A stretch of 64,000 bases of DNA from Candidatus Planktophila sp. (GTDB taxonomy: Bacteria; Actinomycetota; Actinomycetes; Nanopelagicales; Nanopelagicaceae): the NCBI GenBank assembly GCA_044346015.1, contig JBIJAA010000002.1, positions 43,960-107,959 on the forward strand. The letters are read 5' to 3'. The notes beneath the pieces were generated by a model. The model worked only from the letters and a program-made list of their open reading frames with translations, did not search any database and was not told the origin of the DNA. The position numbers and the translations under genes were made by a program. This document shows positions 53,369-64,000 of the stretch, one piece after another. How positions within the stretch are numbered: the first letter of the stretch is position 1; each line of letters opens with the position of its first letter.

Positions 53369-54859
53369 ATGAGCACACTAAAGATTTCTGATGGCGTCGT
53401 AAAAGATGAGGTTTTAGTTTTAGGACTGGCCTCCACAAATTCGAAGGGTGGCCTCGCTATCGAAGCCGGTGACATGGCTATCGATACCAAGACCATTCTT
53501 TCCCAGTTGGTAGACATGGGAGCCACCGGAAAGGCCGATGAAATAACAAAGCTTCCTGGTTCACATGTTCGCCTGATTGTTTTCACAGGACTTGGAAAGA
53601 AGTCAGCAACCTATACTCATGAAACTCTACGCAGAGCTGCAGGTAGTGCATCCCGCGCATTGGCAGGAAACTCAGCAGCAACATTTTCCTTGCCGGCAAA
53701 GAGTTTGGCTGAGGTGGCTGCAGTTGCAGAAGGTGCGGCCCTTGGTGCTTATTCATTCACAGAGTTCCGTGGAGCAACAAAAGATGATCACAAAGCACCT
53801 TTGAAGACAATCACGGTTCATTCAAAGTTAGCCTCGAATGCAGAGGCAAAGGCTTCGATTGTGCGTGCTGCAGTAATTGCCAAATACACCTACCTTGTTC
53901 GTGACCTTATCAATACTCCCCCAAGCCACTTGACTCCAGATTCATTCACCAAGAAGTTAGCTGCAGTTGTTAAATCTGCAGGCGGTGTGAAATCTGGATT
54001 GAAGATTCAGGTGTGGGATGAAAAGCAGTTAAAGGCTCAAGGTTTCGGTGGAATTATTGGTGTGGGCCAAGGCTCTGCTAACCCACCACGATTACTGCAT
54101 ATTTCTTACACACCAAAGGGCAAGGCTGCAAAGCGTTATGCATTCGTTGGTAAGGGAATTACCTTTGACACAGGCGGCCTTGCACTAAAGCCTGCAGCTG
54201 GTATGGAAGCAATGAAATCTGACATGAGTGGTGCTGCTGCAGTTAGCGCCGCTGTTGTTGCGATTGCAGAGTTAAAATTAAATGTTGCAATTGAGTGCTG
54301 GGCACCACTGGCAGAAAATATGCCAAGTGATACAGCAACACGACCAAGTGACATCATCACAATCTTTGGTGGCAAGACTGTTGAAGTCCTCAACCCAGAT
54401 GCTGAAGGTCGTCTTGTTCTAGCCGATGGCTTAATGAAGGCACAGGCCTCTAAAAATAAGTTGGATGGAATTATTGATGTTGCCACATTAACTGGCGCAC
54501 AAGTTATTGCTCTCGGTACCCGCACAAGTGCGGTCATGACTAACAATCAAGAGTTCAGTGATGCATTTCTGCAGGTCGCCTCACAATGCGGTGAACAGTT
54601 CTGGCCCATGCCACTTCCTGAAGAGCTGCGCGCCTCATTAGATTCTCCAGTTGCAGATCTTGCAAACATTGGTGACCGTATGGGCGGCATGTTGGTTGCG
54701 GGTCTGTTCTTAAAAGATTTTGTTAACCCAGAACTTCCATGGCTACACCTTGATATTGCAGGCCCTGCCTACAACGAGGCTAAGCCCCATGGTTACACCC
54801 CAGTGGGTGGAACAGGGATAGCCCTCCGATCACTTGTGACATTGGCCGAACAAGCGTAA
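53369..54859 (+). CDS. pepA: leucyl aminopeptidase (M17)
   Basis: GKGITFDTGG, MKSDM, NPDAEGRL, HLDIAG. Confidence 0.95.
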   Translation: MSTLKISDGVVKDEVLVLGLASTNSKGGLAIEAGDMAIDTKTILSQLVDMGATGKADEITKLPGSHVRLIVFTGLGKKSATYTHETLRRAAGSASRALAGNSAATFSLPAKSLAEVAAVAEGAALGAYSFTEFRGATKDDHKAPLKTITVHSKLASNAEAKASIVRAAVIAKYTYLVRDLINTPPSHLTPDSFTKKLAAVVKSAGGVKSGLKIQVWDEKQLKAQGFGGIIGVGQGSANPPRLLHISYTPKGKAAKRYAFVGKGITFDTGGLALKPAAGMEAMKSDMSGAAAVSAAVVAIAELKLNVAIECWAPLAENMPSDTATRPSDIITIFGGKTVEVLNPDAEGRLVLADGLMKAQASKNKLDGIIDVATLTGAQVIALGTRTSAVMTNNQEFSDAFLQVASQCGEQFWPMPLPEELRASLDSPVADLANIGDRMGGMLVAGLFLKDFVNPELPWLHLDIAGPAYNEAKPHGYTPVGGTGIALRSLVTLAEQA

Positions 54860-54945
54860 ATCTGCCCCAATGCATTGTGAGGTTTGACCCTCTTTGAGGC
54901 AAGATAGGCACCTAGCCCACATGGGTATGTGAGAGGAGCTGTTCG

Positions 54946-56313
54946 TTGTCTCAATTTGATCTAGTCATCCTTGGTGGTGGCAGCGGGGGTTATGCCGCAG
55001 CGTTACGCGGCTCGCAACTGGGCCTTTCTGTAGCCCTGATCGAATCGGACAAAGTCGGCGGCACATGTTTACATCGTGGCTGTATTCCTACAAAGGCCCT
55101 ACTGCATGCAGCAGAAATTGCAGATGGTGCCAGAGATGGTTCCCACTTTGGTGTGAAGTCAACATTTGATGGCATCGACATGGCCGGAGTTAATTCTTAT
55201 AAAGATGGCGTGATCAACAAGCTCTACAAAGGTTTGTCCGGTTTGGTTAAGTCCCGTGGAGTTACCTTTATTGAAGGTCACGGAAAATTAGTTTCAAAAG
55301 ACACCATTGAAGTCAATGGAACCCGCTACACCGGCAAAAATGTAATTCTTGCAACAGGGTCGTATGCCAAGACTTTGCCTGGACTTGAAATTGATGGAGA
55401 GAAAATCATTACCTCTGATCACGGAACAAAGATGAACCATGTTCCAAAGAGTGTCATTGTTTTAGGCGGCGGCGTTATTGGGTGCGAGTTCGCATCAGTA
55501 TGGAAATCATTTGGATCTGAAGTAACAATCATCGAAGGTTTGCCGCACTTAATCGCACTTGAAGATGAATCATCTAGCAAGCAGTTAGAGCGCGCCTTCC
55601 GCAAGCGTGGTATTAATTTTGAACTTGGCGTTCGTTTCCAATCAGCGGTCAAGACTGCAGATGGCGTTACTGTGACATTAGAAGATGGAAAGACATTTAC
55701 AGCTGAGGTCCTCTTGGTTGCAGTTGGACGTGGTCCAGTTTCTTCCAATATTGGTTATGAAGAGCAAGGCATCGCAATGGATCGTGGCTACGTGCTAGTT
55801 GATGACAAGTGCCGCACCAATGTTCCAGGAATCTGGGCTGTTGGCGACTTAATTCCGACCTTGCAGTTAGCCCACGTTGGCTTTGCCGAAGGAATATTGG
55901 TGGCTGAAGAGATCGCGGGATTAAATCCTCGTGCAATTAATTATGACGGAATTCCACGGGTAACTTATTCAGATCCTGAGGTTGCATCAGTTGGATTAAC
56001 GACTGCAGAGGCGAAAAAGCGCGGCCACGATGTTGTTGAGCTTTCATATGATCTGGCCGGTAACGGTAAGGCGCAGATTCTAAACACTGCAGGATCAATC
56101 AAACTCGTCGCACAAAAGGATGGACCAGTTCTTGGCGTTCACATGGTTGGTGCACGAGTTGGAGAATTGTTAGCCGAAGCAGAATTAATCTATAACTGGG
56201 AGGCACGTGCAAGTGATGTGGCTCCATTGATCCATGCACACCCAACACTGTCAGAGGCCATGGGCGAAGCTCATATGGCTCTTGCAGGCAAACCGCTACA
56301 TGCACACGGATAA
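54946..56313 (+). CDS. lpdA: dihydrolipoamide dehydrogenase
   Basis: GGTCLHRGCIP, GGGVIG, HPTLSE; TTG start after GAGAGGAG. Confidence 0.96.
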   Translation: MSQFDLVILGGGSGGYAAALRGSQLGLSVALIESDKVGGTCLHRGCIPTKALLHAAEIADGARDGSHFGVKSTFDGIDMAGVNSYKDGVINKLYKGLSGLVKSRGVTFIEGHGKLVSKDTIEVNGTRYTGKNVILATGSYAKTLPGLEIDGEKIITSDHGTKMNHVPKSVIVLGGGVIGCEFASVWKSFGSEVTIIEGLPHLIALEDESSSKQLERAFRKRGINFELGVRFQSAVKTADGVTVTLEDGKTFTAEVLLVAVGRGPVSSNIGYEEQGIAMDRGYVLVDDKCRTNVPGIWAVGDLIPTLQLAHVGFAEGILVAEEIAGLNPRAINYDGIPRVTYSDPEVASVGLTTAEAKKRGHDVVELSYDLAGNGKAQILNTAGSIKLVAQKDGPVLGVHMVGARVGELLAEAELIYNWEARASDVAPLIHAHPTLSEAMGEAHMALAGKPLHAHG

Positions 56314-56328
56314 CCAAGGAGAAAACAG

Positions 56329-58023
56329 ATGACATTTTCAGTAACGATGCCAGCACTTGGCGAAAGCGTTAGCGAAGGCACGGTCACTCGTTGGTTAAAA
56401 GCCGAAGGTGATCATGTAAATGTTGATGAACCACTCCTAGAAGTTTCAACTGACAAAGTTGATACAGAGATTCCTTCACCTGTTGCAGGAATTCTGCAAA
56501 AGATAGTTGTGCAGATTGATCAAACTGTTCCAGTAGGAGCAGAACTTGCAATCATCGCTGACGGAGCTGCTGCGTCTTCCCCAGCACCTGCAGCGCCAGT
56601 TGCAGCCCCTGTTGTTCCACAGCCAGAACTAGTTGCTGCCGCACCGGTGACGCCTACGCCTGCACCAGTTGCAACCACGCCTGCACCATCTGGTTCAGGA
56701 ACTGTGATTACTATGCCTGCCCTCGGTGAGAGTGTTTCAGAAGGCACTGTTACGCGTTGGTTAAAAAACGTTGGTGACTCGGTTGCGGTAGATGAAGCAT
56801 TACTTGAAGTTTCTACAGACAAAGTTGATACAGAAATTCCTTCACCAGTTGCAGGAACACTCCTTGCTATTGATGTTGCGGTAGACACGACTGTGCCAGT
56901 TGGTGCGCGACTTGGACTGATTGGTACTACCAGTGGTGCTGCCTCTGTTCCAGCTCCTGTTGTGCCTGCACCCGTAGTCGCAGCTCCTGTTGTGCCTGCA
57001 CCCGTAGTCGCAGCTCCTGTTACACCACCTCCAGCCCCTGTTGTTGCAGCCCCTGTTGTTGCAGCCCCTGCACCTGTTGTAGTCGCACCCGTTTCTCAAC
57101 CGGCTGATGCTTATGTGACTCCTGTAGTGCGCAAACTTGCATCAGAGCTTGGTGTCAATCTTGCACAAGTTACTGGCACGGGAATCGGCGGAAGAATTCG
57201 TCGTGAAGATGTCGAAGCTTTGGCGCGACCAGTAACTCGCACTGCAGCAGCACCGGTTGCATCTGCACCAAACACGGCAAAAGCTCCCGTTGTCGCAGTT
57301 TCACCACTTCGCGGAACTACCGTGACGATGTCTCGACTTCGCAAAGTAATTGCTGCGCGAATGGTTGAATCACTTCAAGTAAGCGCCCAACTAACAACTG
57401 TCATTGAAGTTGATGTGACAAAGATTGCTCGACTTCGTGATCGTGCGAAGGAAAGCTTTGAAGCACGCGAAGGCGTAAAACTCTCATTCCTTCCATTCTT
57501 TGCAGTTGCTGTGTGTGAAGCTCTCAAGCAGCATCCAGTGTTGAACTCATCTGTGGAAGGTGACCAGATCACTTATCACGGCGCAGAGCACTTGGGTATC
57601 GCAGTTGATACAGAGCGAGGATTACTTGTTCCGGTAATTGCTAACGCAGGTGATTTGAATATGGGTGGCGTGGCACGAAAGATTGCAGATCTTGCCGCTC
57701 GCACACGCGATAACAAGGTAACTCCCGATGAATTAGGTGGAGGAACTTTCACACTGACAAACACAGGCAGTCGCGGGGCACTATTTGACACCCCAATTAT
57801 TAATCAGCCACAAGTTGCGATTCTGGGATTGGGAGCAATTGTTAAGCGCCCAATGGTTGTTCGTGGCGAAGATGGTGGAGAAACAATCGCCATTCGTTCA
57901 ATGGTCTACCTTGGACTTTCATACGATCACCGAGTTGTAGATGGCGCAGATGCCGCACGCTTCTTAGTAACACTCAAAGAACGCCTCGAAGGTGGCGCTT
58001 TTGAGTCAGATCTAGGGCTTTAA
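56329..58023 (+). CDS. dlaT: dihydrolipoamide acyltransferase E2 with two lipoyl domains
   Basis: Two [14 protein letters not shown] lipoyl domains, E3-binding GTG.GGRI, DHRVVDG. Confidence 0.93.
   Translation: MTFSVTMPALGESVSEGTVTRWLKAEGDHVNVDEPLLEVSTDKVDTEIPSPVAGILQKIVVQIDQTVPVGAELAIIADGAAASSPAPAAPVAAPVVPQPELVAAAPVTPTPAPVATTPAPSGSGTVITMPALGESVSEGTVTRWLKNVGDSVAVDEALLEVSTDKVDTEIPSPVAGTLLAIDVAVDTTVPVGARLGLIGTTSGAASVPAPVVPAPVVAAPVVPAPVVAAPVTPPPAPVVAAPVVAAPAPVVVAPVSQPADAYVTPVVRKLASELGVNLAQVTGTGIGGRIRREDVEALARPVTRTAAAPVASAPNTAKAPVVAVSPLRGTTVTMSRLRKVIAARMVESLQVSAQLTTVIEVDVTKIARLRDRAKESFEAREGVKLSFLPFFAVAVCEALKQHPVLNSSVEGDQITYHGAEHLGIAVDTERGLLVPVIANAGDLNMGGVARKIADLAARTRDNKVTPDELGGGTFTLTNTGSRGALFDTPIINQPQVAILGLGAIVKRPMVVRGEDGGETIAIRSMVYLGLSYDHRVVDGADAARFLVTLKERLEGGAFESDLGL
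56951..57070 (+). repeat. in-frame tandem repeats in the E2 linker
   Basis: 30-bp unit CAGCTCCTGTTGTGCCTGCACCCGTAGTCG x2.4 (56951-57021); 15-bp unit CAGCCCCTGTTGTTG x2.6 (57032-57070). Confidence 0.9.
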
Positions 58024-58030
58024 TTACCAG

Positions 58031-58921
58031 ATGTCAGTTCCACAACGCATTGCTATCACAGGTGCATCAGGGCTCATTGGCAGCGCACTTGCTGGTCATC
58101 TAAAGAGTGAAGGTCACACAGTTCAACGGTTGGTGCGCCGCGCGCCTATAACAGCTGATGAAGTGCAGTGGGATCCTCAAACAGGTTTCGTAGATCTAGA
58201 ACCACTTCGTGGCGTTGATGCAATCATTCACTTAGCTGGTGTTGGTGTGAGTGACAAGCGCTGGAGCAAAAAGTTTAAAGGCGAAATCCTCAATTCACGA
58301 TTGCTCGGCACGACTGCCATCGCCAATGCTGTCGCAGAACTACAACCACAAGTGTTTATTTCCTCCTCTGCTATTGGTTGGTATGGCGAGAGCGGTAATC
58401 GCGCTGTTGTTGAAACCGATCGTGCCGGAGATGACTTCCTTGCTGCAGTATGTCGAGAATGGGAAGGCGCAGCAGATTTGGCTGGAGATACTAGAACCGT
58501 AAAACTTCGCACAGGTCTTGTTTTAGATCCAACCGGCGGGGCACTTGGAAAGATGTTGCCACTATTTCGTTTAGGTCTTGGTGGAAAACTAGGAAATGGC
58601 AAGCAATGGTGGTCCTGGATCACACTGCATGATCAAGTTCGCGCCATAGTTTTTGCTTTGGAGAATCCAATATCTGGTCCGGTTAATTTAACGACTCCAA
58701 ATCCAGTGACAAATCAGGAGTTCACATCAGCACTTGCTCGAGCAATGCACCGTCCTGCACTCTTTCCAGCACCCGCAATTGCATTAAAGATTGCATTAGG
58801 TGGATTCTCTTCAGAAGTTCTCGGATCTAAGCGTGTAATTCCGCAAGTCCTACAAGAGGCTGGCTTTACATGGGATTACCCACATATCTCTGAAGCCCTT
58901 GCCCAACTAGTCGAGAATTAA
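58031..58921 (+). CDS. TIGR01777 family NAD-dependent epimerase-like protein
   Basis: ITGASGLIG, SAIGWYG, GKQWWSWI. Confidence 0.92.
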   Translation: MSVPQRIAITGASGLIGSALAGHLKSEGHTVQRLVRRAPITADEVQWDPQTGFVDLEPLRGVDAIIHLAGVGVSDKRWSKKFKGEILNSRLLGTTAIANAVAELQPQVFISSSAIGWYGESGNRAVVETDRAGDDFLAAVCREWEGAADLAGDTRTVKLRTGLVLDPTGGALGKMLPLFRLGLGGKLGNGKQWWSWITLHDQVRAIVFALENPISGPVNLTTPNPVTNQEFTSALARAMHRPALFPAPAIALKIALGGFSSEVLGSKRVIPQVLQEAGFTWDYPHISEALAQLVEN

Positions 58922-60073
58922 TTGGGCCGCAAGGCGTCCTGAAAATAGCGCGCCTTGCTGTGATGGAACAGAACGGTGATCTCCGGCAACAAAATGATGA
59001 TCATTAATTTTCATTCCTTGCGAAAGAGCCCTACCCACATTGTGAATAGGAAGCGCTGCTGGGATTTCATACTTAGCGATGAATTGCCAGCCATGGGTGC
59101 TTGTCCCCCACAAAATTGCCAAGTGACGACGCACATCCGACTCAGTAACGTTTAAGTCAGTAGTTGTAGATATCAAATTCTGGCCGGTGGGTGCGTAATT
59201 TTCCGAAATATCTGAAATCACCACTGTATTAATTATTGGACCACGCCTTTGCCCATCTACAACTAGATGCCCAGTTCCGGAAGGATTATGTGAAGTTGCG
59301 TGATACCAGGTAATACACCCAGCCATGCGAGGGACTTCAGTTAAACCGAGTAACTGCGTAGCAGTTGTCGCATCAGTTGCTATCAAAATCTTTTCCGCTG
59401 TATAAGTCCCATTATTCGTTTTGACTGATTTCTTTTCAATCCTTTCAACTTGAGCGTTATAGACAAAATTTTCAACACGTTTTGCTAGGGCCTTAGGAAG
59501 TTCACCAACACCCTTGCTAGGCACACCAGGTTGACCATTGACAAAACTCTTTACGATTGTGCGGCCATAAACCGCATCAACATTCTCTGGGTCCGTTAAG
59601 AAAACACCTTGTAAGAATGGTCGCAAAACTCTGTCATAACATGTTCCTGCGCTTCTTAACGCTTCGGCGATCGATTGACCTGGTTTAGCCTTGCCAGCGA
59701 TAAAACGTAGCAGGGCAATCTTTTCAGAAATTGAACCGGTTTCTCTATTAAGCACCGTCCACGGAGCTTGTCGAGGATCACCGATTGGGTGTCTTTTCTC
59801 CCCCAGTGAAACTTCAATAACTCTAGGTGCTGGAAGGAAATCTAACTCTTTGATCACATCTAGCTCTTGCAGCGCTGGATACTTGGCATTGATTAACTGA
59901 AACCCACGATCGCAAATGAATCCATCAATGAGATCACTTGCTACACGACCTCCGGCTCTATCGGAAGACTCAACAACTAGAACATCTTTACCTGCAGCCT
60001 GAAGGCTCAGTGCAGCGCTCAAACCAGCTAATCCAGCTCCAACGATCAGAACTTCGGCTGAGCGCGCTGCCAT
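58907..60073 (-). CDS. FAD-dependent oxidoreductase (amine oxidase/HemY-like)
   Basis: VGAGLAGL, GGRV..D, DRGFQL, AGDH...SQQGALFSG. Confidence 0.85.
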   Translation of the reverse strand: MAARSAEVLIVGAGLAGLSAALSLQAAGKDVLVVESSDRAGGRVASDLIDGFICDRGFQLINAKYPALQELDVIKELDFLPAPRVIEVSLGEKRHPIGDPRQAPWTVLNRETGSISEKIALLRFIAGKAKPGQSIAEALRSAGTCYDRVLRPFLQGVFLTDPENVDAVYGRTIVKSFVNGQPGVPSKGVGELPKALAKRVENFVYNAQVERIEKKSVKTNNGTYTAEKILIATDATTATQLLGLTEVPRMAGCITWYHATSHNPSGTGHLVVDGQRRGPIINTVVISDISENYAPTGQNLISTTTDLNVTESDVRRHLAILWGTSTHGWQFIAKYEIPAALPIHNVGRALSQGMKINDHHFVAGDHRSVPSQQGALFSGRLAAQLILD

Positions 60074-60075
60074 TC

Positions 60076-62229
60076 TTACTTGGTTTGCAACTTAGATGGC
60101 CACCAGACTTTTCCACCAATGTCGTGAACGAGTGCTGGTACCAAAATCGTGCGAACAATCAAGGTATCAAGCAGAACACCGAAGGCAACTGCAAAACCTA
60201 GCTCAGCTAAGAATACAAGTGGCAGAACGCCTAACACTGCAAAGGTTGCAGCTAGAACAATTCCGGCTGAGGTAATAACCCCACCAGTAACTGTTAGGCC
60301 CTTAATGACACCGGCTCTAGTGCCAATTTTCGCACTTTCTTCTCTCACTCGAGTCATTAAGAAAATGTTGTAATCAATTCCCAGTGCAACTAAGAAAATG
60401 AAGGCAAACAATGGGAATGAGGTATCAGCTCCTTTAAATCCAAAGATGTGTTCAAACACAAGTTGGCAGGCTCCCAGCGTTGCAAAAAATGACAAGACAA
60501 CAGTTCCTAAGAGCAGAGCCGCTGACAAGATACTACGCAAGAGAATTCCAAGAATTAAAGTAATAAGAACCAAAACGATTGGAATAATTGTTCGGTTATC
60601 GCGATTTGCGGAAACATCTGTGTCAAATGCAACCGCGGTGCTGCCGCCAACTAGAATATTTGGATCGATTGCATGAACCGCTTCTCGAATGATCGGGACA
60701 ATATCTCGCGCTTCAACTGAATCTGGATTCAGGGCTAGTGTTGCATTTAAAATCACTTGACCATCAATAACCTTAATGTCAGAAAGTGGTTGTCCAGGGA
60801 TCGCTGGAGAAATGCGCATTGGTTCAACAGATGAAACACCTTCAACACTTAAAAGCGCTGCCGAAACTGGCGCAACTAAACCTTCCGGAACTACAACCTC
60901 TGTTGGCTGACCTGATCCACCTGGATAGTGCTGACCCAAGAGCTCTAATCCCACTACTGAGTCTGGTCTTTGAGTGAAAGCATCTGCTGTTGATAAGCCT
61001 TTAGCGTTTAATGTTGTTGAAAAACCAGCCAAAACTGCTAGAAGTACCGCTGTAACAATCCATAGTTTACGAGGACGCTTTTCAACTGCGGAACCGATCT
61101 TTGCCCAGGTGCCAGTTAGTTGAGTGTTCACATCATCATTTCTCGGGATGCGTGGCCAGAAAACCCATCGTCCGAAAGCAACCAATAACGCAGGCAACAA
61201 GGTCAGAATCACGATCACTGCGGCTGCAATACCAATTGCACCGACAGGACCTAATCCGCGGTTACCGGACAGATCGCTCAGTAGTAAGACAAGAAGTGCG
61301 GCAATAACTGTTGCACCAGATGCAACAATCGGTTCAAAGACTCCCTTGAGCGCAGCTTTCATTGCCTGGGCTGGTTGCTCATAATGATGCAACTCTTCGC
61401 GATATCTTGAAATTAACAAAAGCGCATAATCTGTTGCAGCGCCCAGTACTAACACTGAAAGGATTCCTTGGGACTGACCATTGAGATCAATCACATCATT
61501 TTTTGTCAGGATATATACCAGTCCACCCGCTGTAGAAAGAGCAATTACTGCTGAAAAGAGCGGCAAAATCCAGAGAACTGGTGATCGATAAACAATAATC
61601 AAAATGAAAGCAACAACACCTAAAGTCGTAAGTAGCAATGACGAGTCAATGCCTTCAAAAGCGCCAAAGAGATCCCCGAGTAGGGCACCAATTCCAGTTA
61701 CATTAGAAGTCAGCCCCACACTCTTTGCAAACTCTGCCGAATCTTCACGAAGTGTTTCAATAATTTCAGGAAGAGCTGGTTTTTTGTTTGGTAGTAGCTC
61801 CGTGCCTACTTCTGAAGTAAAGGGAAGATTTACTAGCAGCGCTTTGCCATCTTGTGATGGAAAAGCAAATAGTTGCTCACCCTTTGCTAAGTATTTCGAC
61901 ATTGGCACATCCGTACCAATAATTTTTGTATCGCCTAATTTCGCTAGATGAGCATTGAGTGCTGCGATTTTGGACTCATCAACTTCACCTAAGTAGAGAA
62001 CCAGGGTTGGAAGATTTTGATTTTGATCTTGGTTAAACTTCTCAATTACCTTTGCTGCTTGAGTGGATTCTGCGCTATCTGGCAAAAAGGCTGAGTTGTC
62101 ATTTTCTTGAACCGTTGAAAGCTGTCCAAAGAGAGGCCCGAAAACACCGCTTGCCCCAAACCACAAGAAGATGATCAATAAAGCGTAGACAAGTGGGCGG
62201 CGGCTCTTCTTTGTGGATGTGGTGGACAC
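60076..62229 (-). CDS. MMPL/RND family transporter
   Basis: GAATDYALLLISRYREE and ALGIDYNIFLMTRVREE; two TM bundles; likely GTG start 62229. Confidence 0.92.
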   Translation of the reverse strand: MSTTSTKKSRRPLVYALLIIFLWFGASGVFGPLFGQLSTVQENDNSAFLPDSAESTQAAKVIEKFNQDQNQNLPTLVLYLGEVDESKIAALNAHLAKLGDTKIIGTDVPMSKYLAKGEQLFAFPSQDGKALLVNLPFTSEVGTELLPNKKPALPEIIETLREDSAEFAKSVGLTSNVTGIGALLGDLFGAFEGIDSSLLLTTLGVVAFILIIVYRSPVLWILPLFSAVIALSTAGGLVYILTKNDVIDLNGQSQGILSVLVLGAATDYALLLISRYREELHHYEQPAQAMKAALKGVFEPIVASGATVIAALLVLLLSDLSGNRGLGPVGAIGIAAAVIVILTLLPALLVAFGRWVFWPRIPRNDDVNTQLTGTWAKIGSAVEKRPRKLWIVTAVLLAVLAGFSTTLNAKGLSTADAFTQRPDSVVGLELLGQHYPGGSGQPTEVVVPEGLVAPVSAALLSVEGVSSVEPMRISPAIPGQPLSDIKVIDGQVILNATLALNPDSVEARDIVPIIREAVHAIDPNILVGGSTAVAFDTDVSANRDNRTIIPIVLVLITLILGILLRSILSAALLLGTVVLSFFATLGACQLVFEHIFGFKGADTSFPLFAFIFLVALGIDYNIFLMTRVREESAKIGTRAGVIKGLTVTGGVITSAGIVLAATFAVLGVLPLVFLAELGFAVAFGVLLDTLIVRTILVPALVHDIGGKVWWPSKLQTK

Positions 62230-62289
62230 TGAATCAGACCTCTCAAGGGTGAATTGGTAAGGAGGCAAGCCTACCTTTAGGCTAGAGGT

Positions 62290-62946
62290 GTGCCAGTTCT
62301 AGAGAGCCCAGCCAATGCAAGTATTGCCCTCTCCCGTCATGGCTTAGTGGAATATCAAAAGGCCTGGGATGTACAGCGAACAATCCATGCAGAAGTTGTC
62401 TCTGGAGTTCGCCCCAACACTTTGCTACTACTTGAGCACCCCTCTGTTTACACAGCCGGTCGTCGAACAGATGATGCCGAACGTCCAGCAGATGGCACAC
62501 CAGTCATTGATGTGGATCGCGGCGGACGCATCACCTGGCATGGACCAGGACAGTTAGTTGGTTATCCCATTGTGAAACTACAAAAGCCAACTGAACTTGT
62601 TGGTTTTGTTCGTGAGATTGAGTCTGCACTTATACGAGTGTGTGCTGATTTAGGAATCACCGCCCTTCGAATTGAAGGTCGCTCTGGTGTGTGGGTCAAG
62701 GATGATCGCGGCGATAGAAAAGTGGCCGCTATTGGAATCCGTGTGGCTCAAGGGGTAACCATGCATGGTTTTGCCTTGAATGTGAATCCAGATCTAACCG
62801 CTTTCGGTCAGATTGTTCCCTGCGGTATAGCTGATGCTGACGTTACCTCCCTAGAAACCGAACTCGGTAGAGCAATTACAATTGATGAAGTTGCACCCCT
62901 TTTGGAGCGACATATTTTTGAATCATTGAAAAAGGTGAGCGCATGA
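62290..62946 (+). CDS. lipB: lipoyl(octanoyl) transferase
   Basis: [33 protein letters not shown]. Confidence 0.96.
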   Translation: MPVLESPANASIALSRHGLVEYQKAWDVQRTIHAEVVSGVRPNTLLLLEHPSVYTAGRRTDDAERPADGTPVIDVDRGGRITWHGPGQLVGYPIVKLQKPTELVGFVREIESALIRVCADLGITALRIEGRSGVWVKDDRGDRKVAAIGIRVAQGVTMHGFALNVNPDLTAFGQIVPCGIADADVTSLETELGRAITIDEVAPLLERHIFESLKKVSA

Positions 62947-63875
62947 CTATGGCACCTGAAGGCCGCAAGTTACTGCGTATTGAAGCTCGCAATGCCGAAA
63001 CACCGATTGAAAGAAAGCCTGAATGGATTAAAACTCGGGCAAACATGGGTCCTGAATACACACGTCTACACAGTCTTGTTAAATCAGAAGGACTACACAC
63101 CGTCTGCCAAGAAGCGGCTTGTCCAAATATCTTTGAGTGTTGGGAAGATAAGGAAGCCACATTTCTTATTGGTGGAGATCGTTGTACCAGACGCTGTGAT
63201 TTTTGTAATATTGATACAGGAAAACCATTACCAATTGATCGGGCTGAACCTTTCAAGGTGGCCATGTCAGTTAAGACCATGGGATTGCGTTATGCCACGA
63301 TCACTGGTGTCACCCGTGATGATCTTGAAGATGAAGGATCCTGGCTCTATGCCGAGACAATTCGCAAAGTCCACGAGTTAAATCCGGGAACTGGCGTTGA
63401 GATGTTGGCTCCTGATTTCAATGCTAATCCTGAGCTGCTCAATCCAATTTTTGAAACCAGGCCAGAAGTTTTTGCGCATAACCTAGAAACAGTCCCCCGT
63501 ATTTTTAAGCAGATTCGCCCGGCATTTACCTATGAAAAGTCATTGCGCGTCATACGGATGGCACAAGACTTTGGGTTGATCACAAAATCAAATCTGATTC
63601 TTGGCCTTGGTGAGACTCGAGAAGAGATTTCGCAAGCACTTGTTGATTTACATAGCGCTGGATGTGACCTAATCACTATTACACAATATTTAAGGCCTAC
63701 CAATAAGCATCACCCTGTGGAACGTTGGGTGAAACCACAAGAGTTTGTTGAGCTCGCACAAGAGGCAGAAGAGATTGGCTTCTTAGGGGTAATGAGTGGT
63801 CCACTAGTTCGCTCTTCATATCGCGCTGGTCGTTTGTATAAACAAGCAATGGATAAGAAGTCAGCTCGTGGCTGA
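62943..63875 (+). CDS. lipA: lipoyl synthase
   Basis: [25 protein letters not shown]. Confidence 0.97.
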   Translation: MTMAPEGRKLLRIEARNAETPIERKPEWIKTRANMGPEYTRLHSLVKSEGLHTVCQEAACPNIFECWEDKEATFLIGGDRCTRRCDFCNIDTGKPLPIDRAEPFKVAMSVKTMGLRYATITGVTRDDLEDEGSWLYAETIRKVHELNPGTGVEMLAPDFNANPELLNPIFETRPEVFAHNLETVPRIFKQIRPAFTYEKSLRVIRMAQDFGLITKSNLILGLGETREEISQALVDLHSAGCDLITITQYLRPTNKHHPVERWVKPQEFVELAQEAEEIGFLGVMSGPLVRSSYRAGRLYKQAMDKKSARG

Positions 63876-64000
63876 TCGTGTGTATCCCCCTGTAATTGTT
63901 CTTATAAAGTCATTGTGGAAATATCTAGGTTTGAAATTCGATTTTAATGGTCAGGACAACGTTCCGCGCAAAGGTGGCGCAATCCTTGCAATAAATCACA
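63868..64000 (+). CDS. 1-acyl-sn-glycerol-3-phosphate acyltransferase-like (partial)
   Basis: Not in the ORF track. Read manually from GTG 63868: [44 protein letters not shown], ending at the start of the NH-x4-D motif. Confidence 0.75.
   Translation, partial: MADRVYPPVIVLIKSLWKYLGLKFDFNGQDNVPRKGGAILAINH

Noticed and set aside
56340-56850. Long internal duplication in dlaT
   Set aside because: Ordinary tandem lipoyl domains with synonymous divergence.
56951-57070. CRISPR-like 30-bp repeat
   Set aside because: Repeats are directly tandem with no spacers, in-frame within dlaT, and there are no cas genes.

Overview
Gene-dense core-chromosome segment of a streamlined, moderate-GC actinobacterium. 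Gene order and compactness suggest the freshwater acI/Nanopelagicales lineage (Planktophila-like); this is an inference. It carries the standard actinobacterial blocks aroB-aroK-aroC-aroE-mltG-ruvX-alaS, aspS-hisS, rel-secF-secD-ruvBAC-yebC-pdxTS, pimA-patA-pgsA-HIT-thrS, tRNA-Gly/Cys/Val, trpD-ctaE-qcrCAB-ctaF/D/C, adoK-erpA, a cobalamin-riboswitch-controlled ECF importer, and gcvT-pepA-lpdA-dlaT-lipBA. I found no integrase, transposase, phage genes or CRISPR array. Most interesting signals: (1) a 194-aa stand-alone, apparently GTPase-dead G domain derived from EF-G2, with its own promoter; (2) matched loss of the Mg/Mn-site ligands in both subunits I and II of the aa3-type oxidase; (3) a B12 module with a possible uORF relay and an apparently circularly permuted transcobalamin-like secreted protein, sitting where cob genes usually lie; (4) a DnaQ-only version of the DnaQ-UvrC fusion; (5) mutually complementary leaders on either side of a bidirectional promoter; (6) pervasive leaderless promoters. 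Family comparisons were made from memory and by eye, not by database search.
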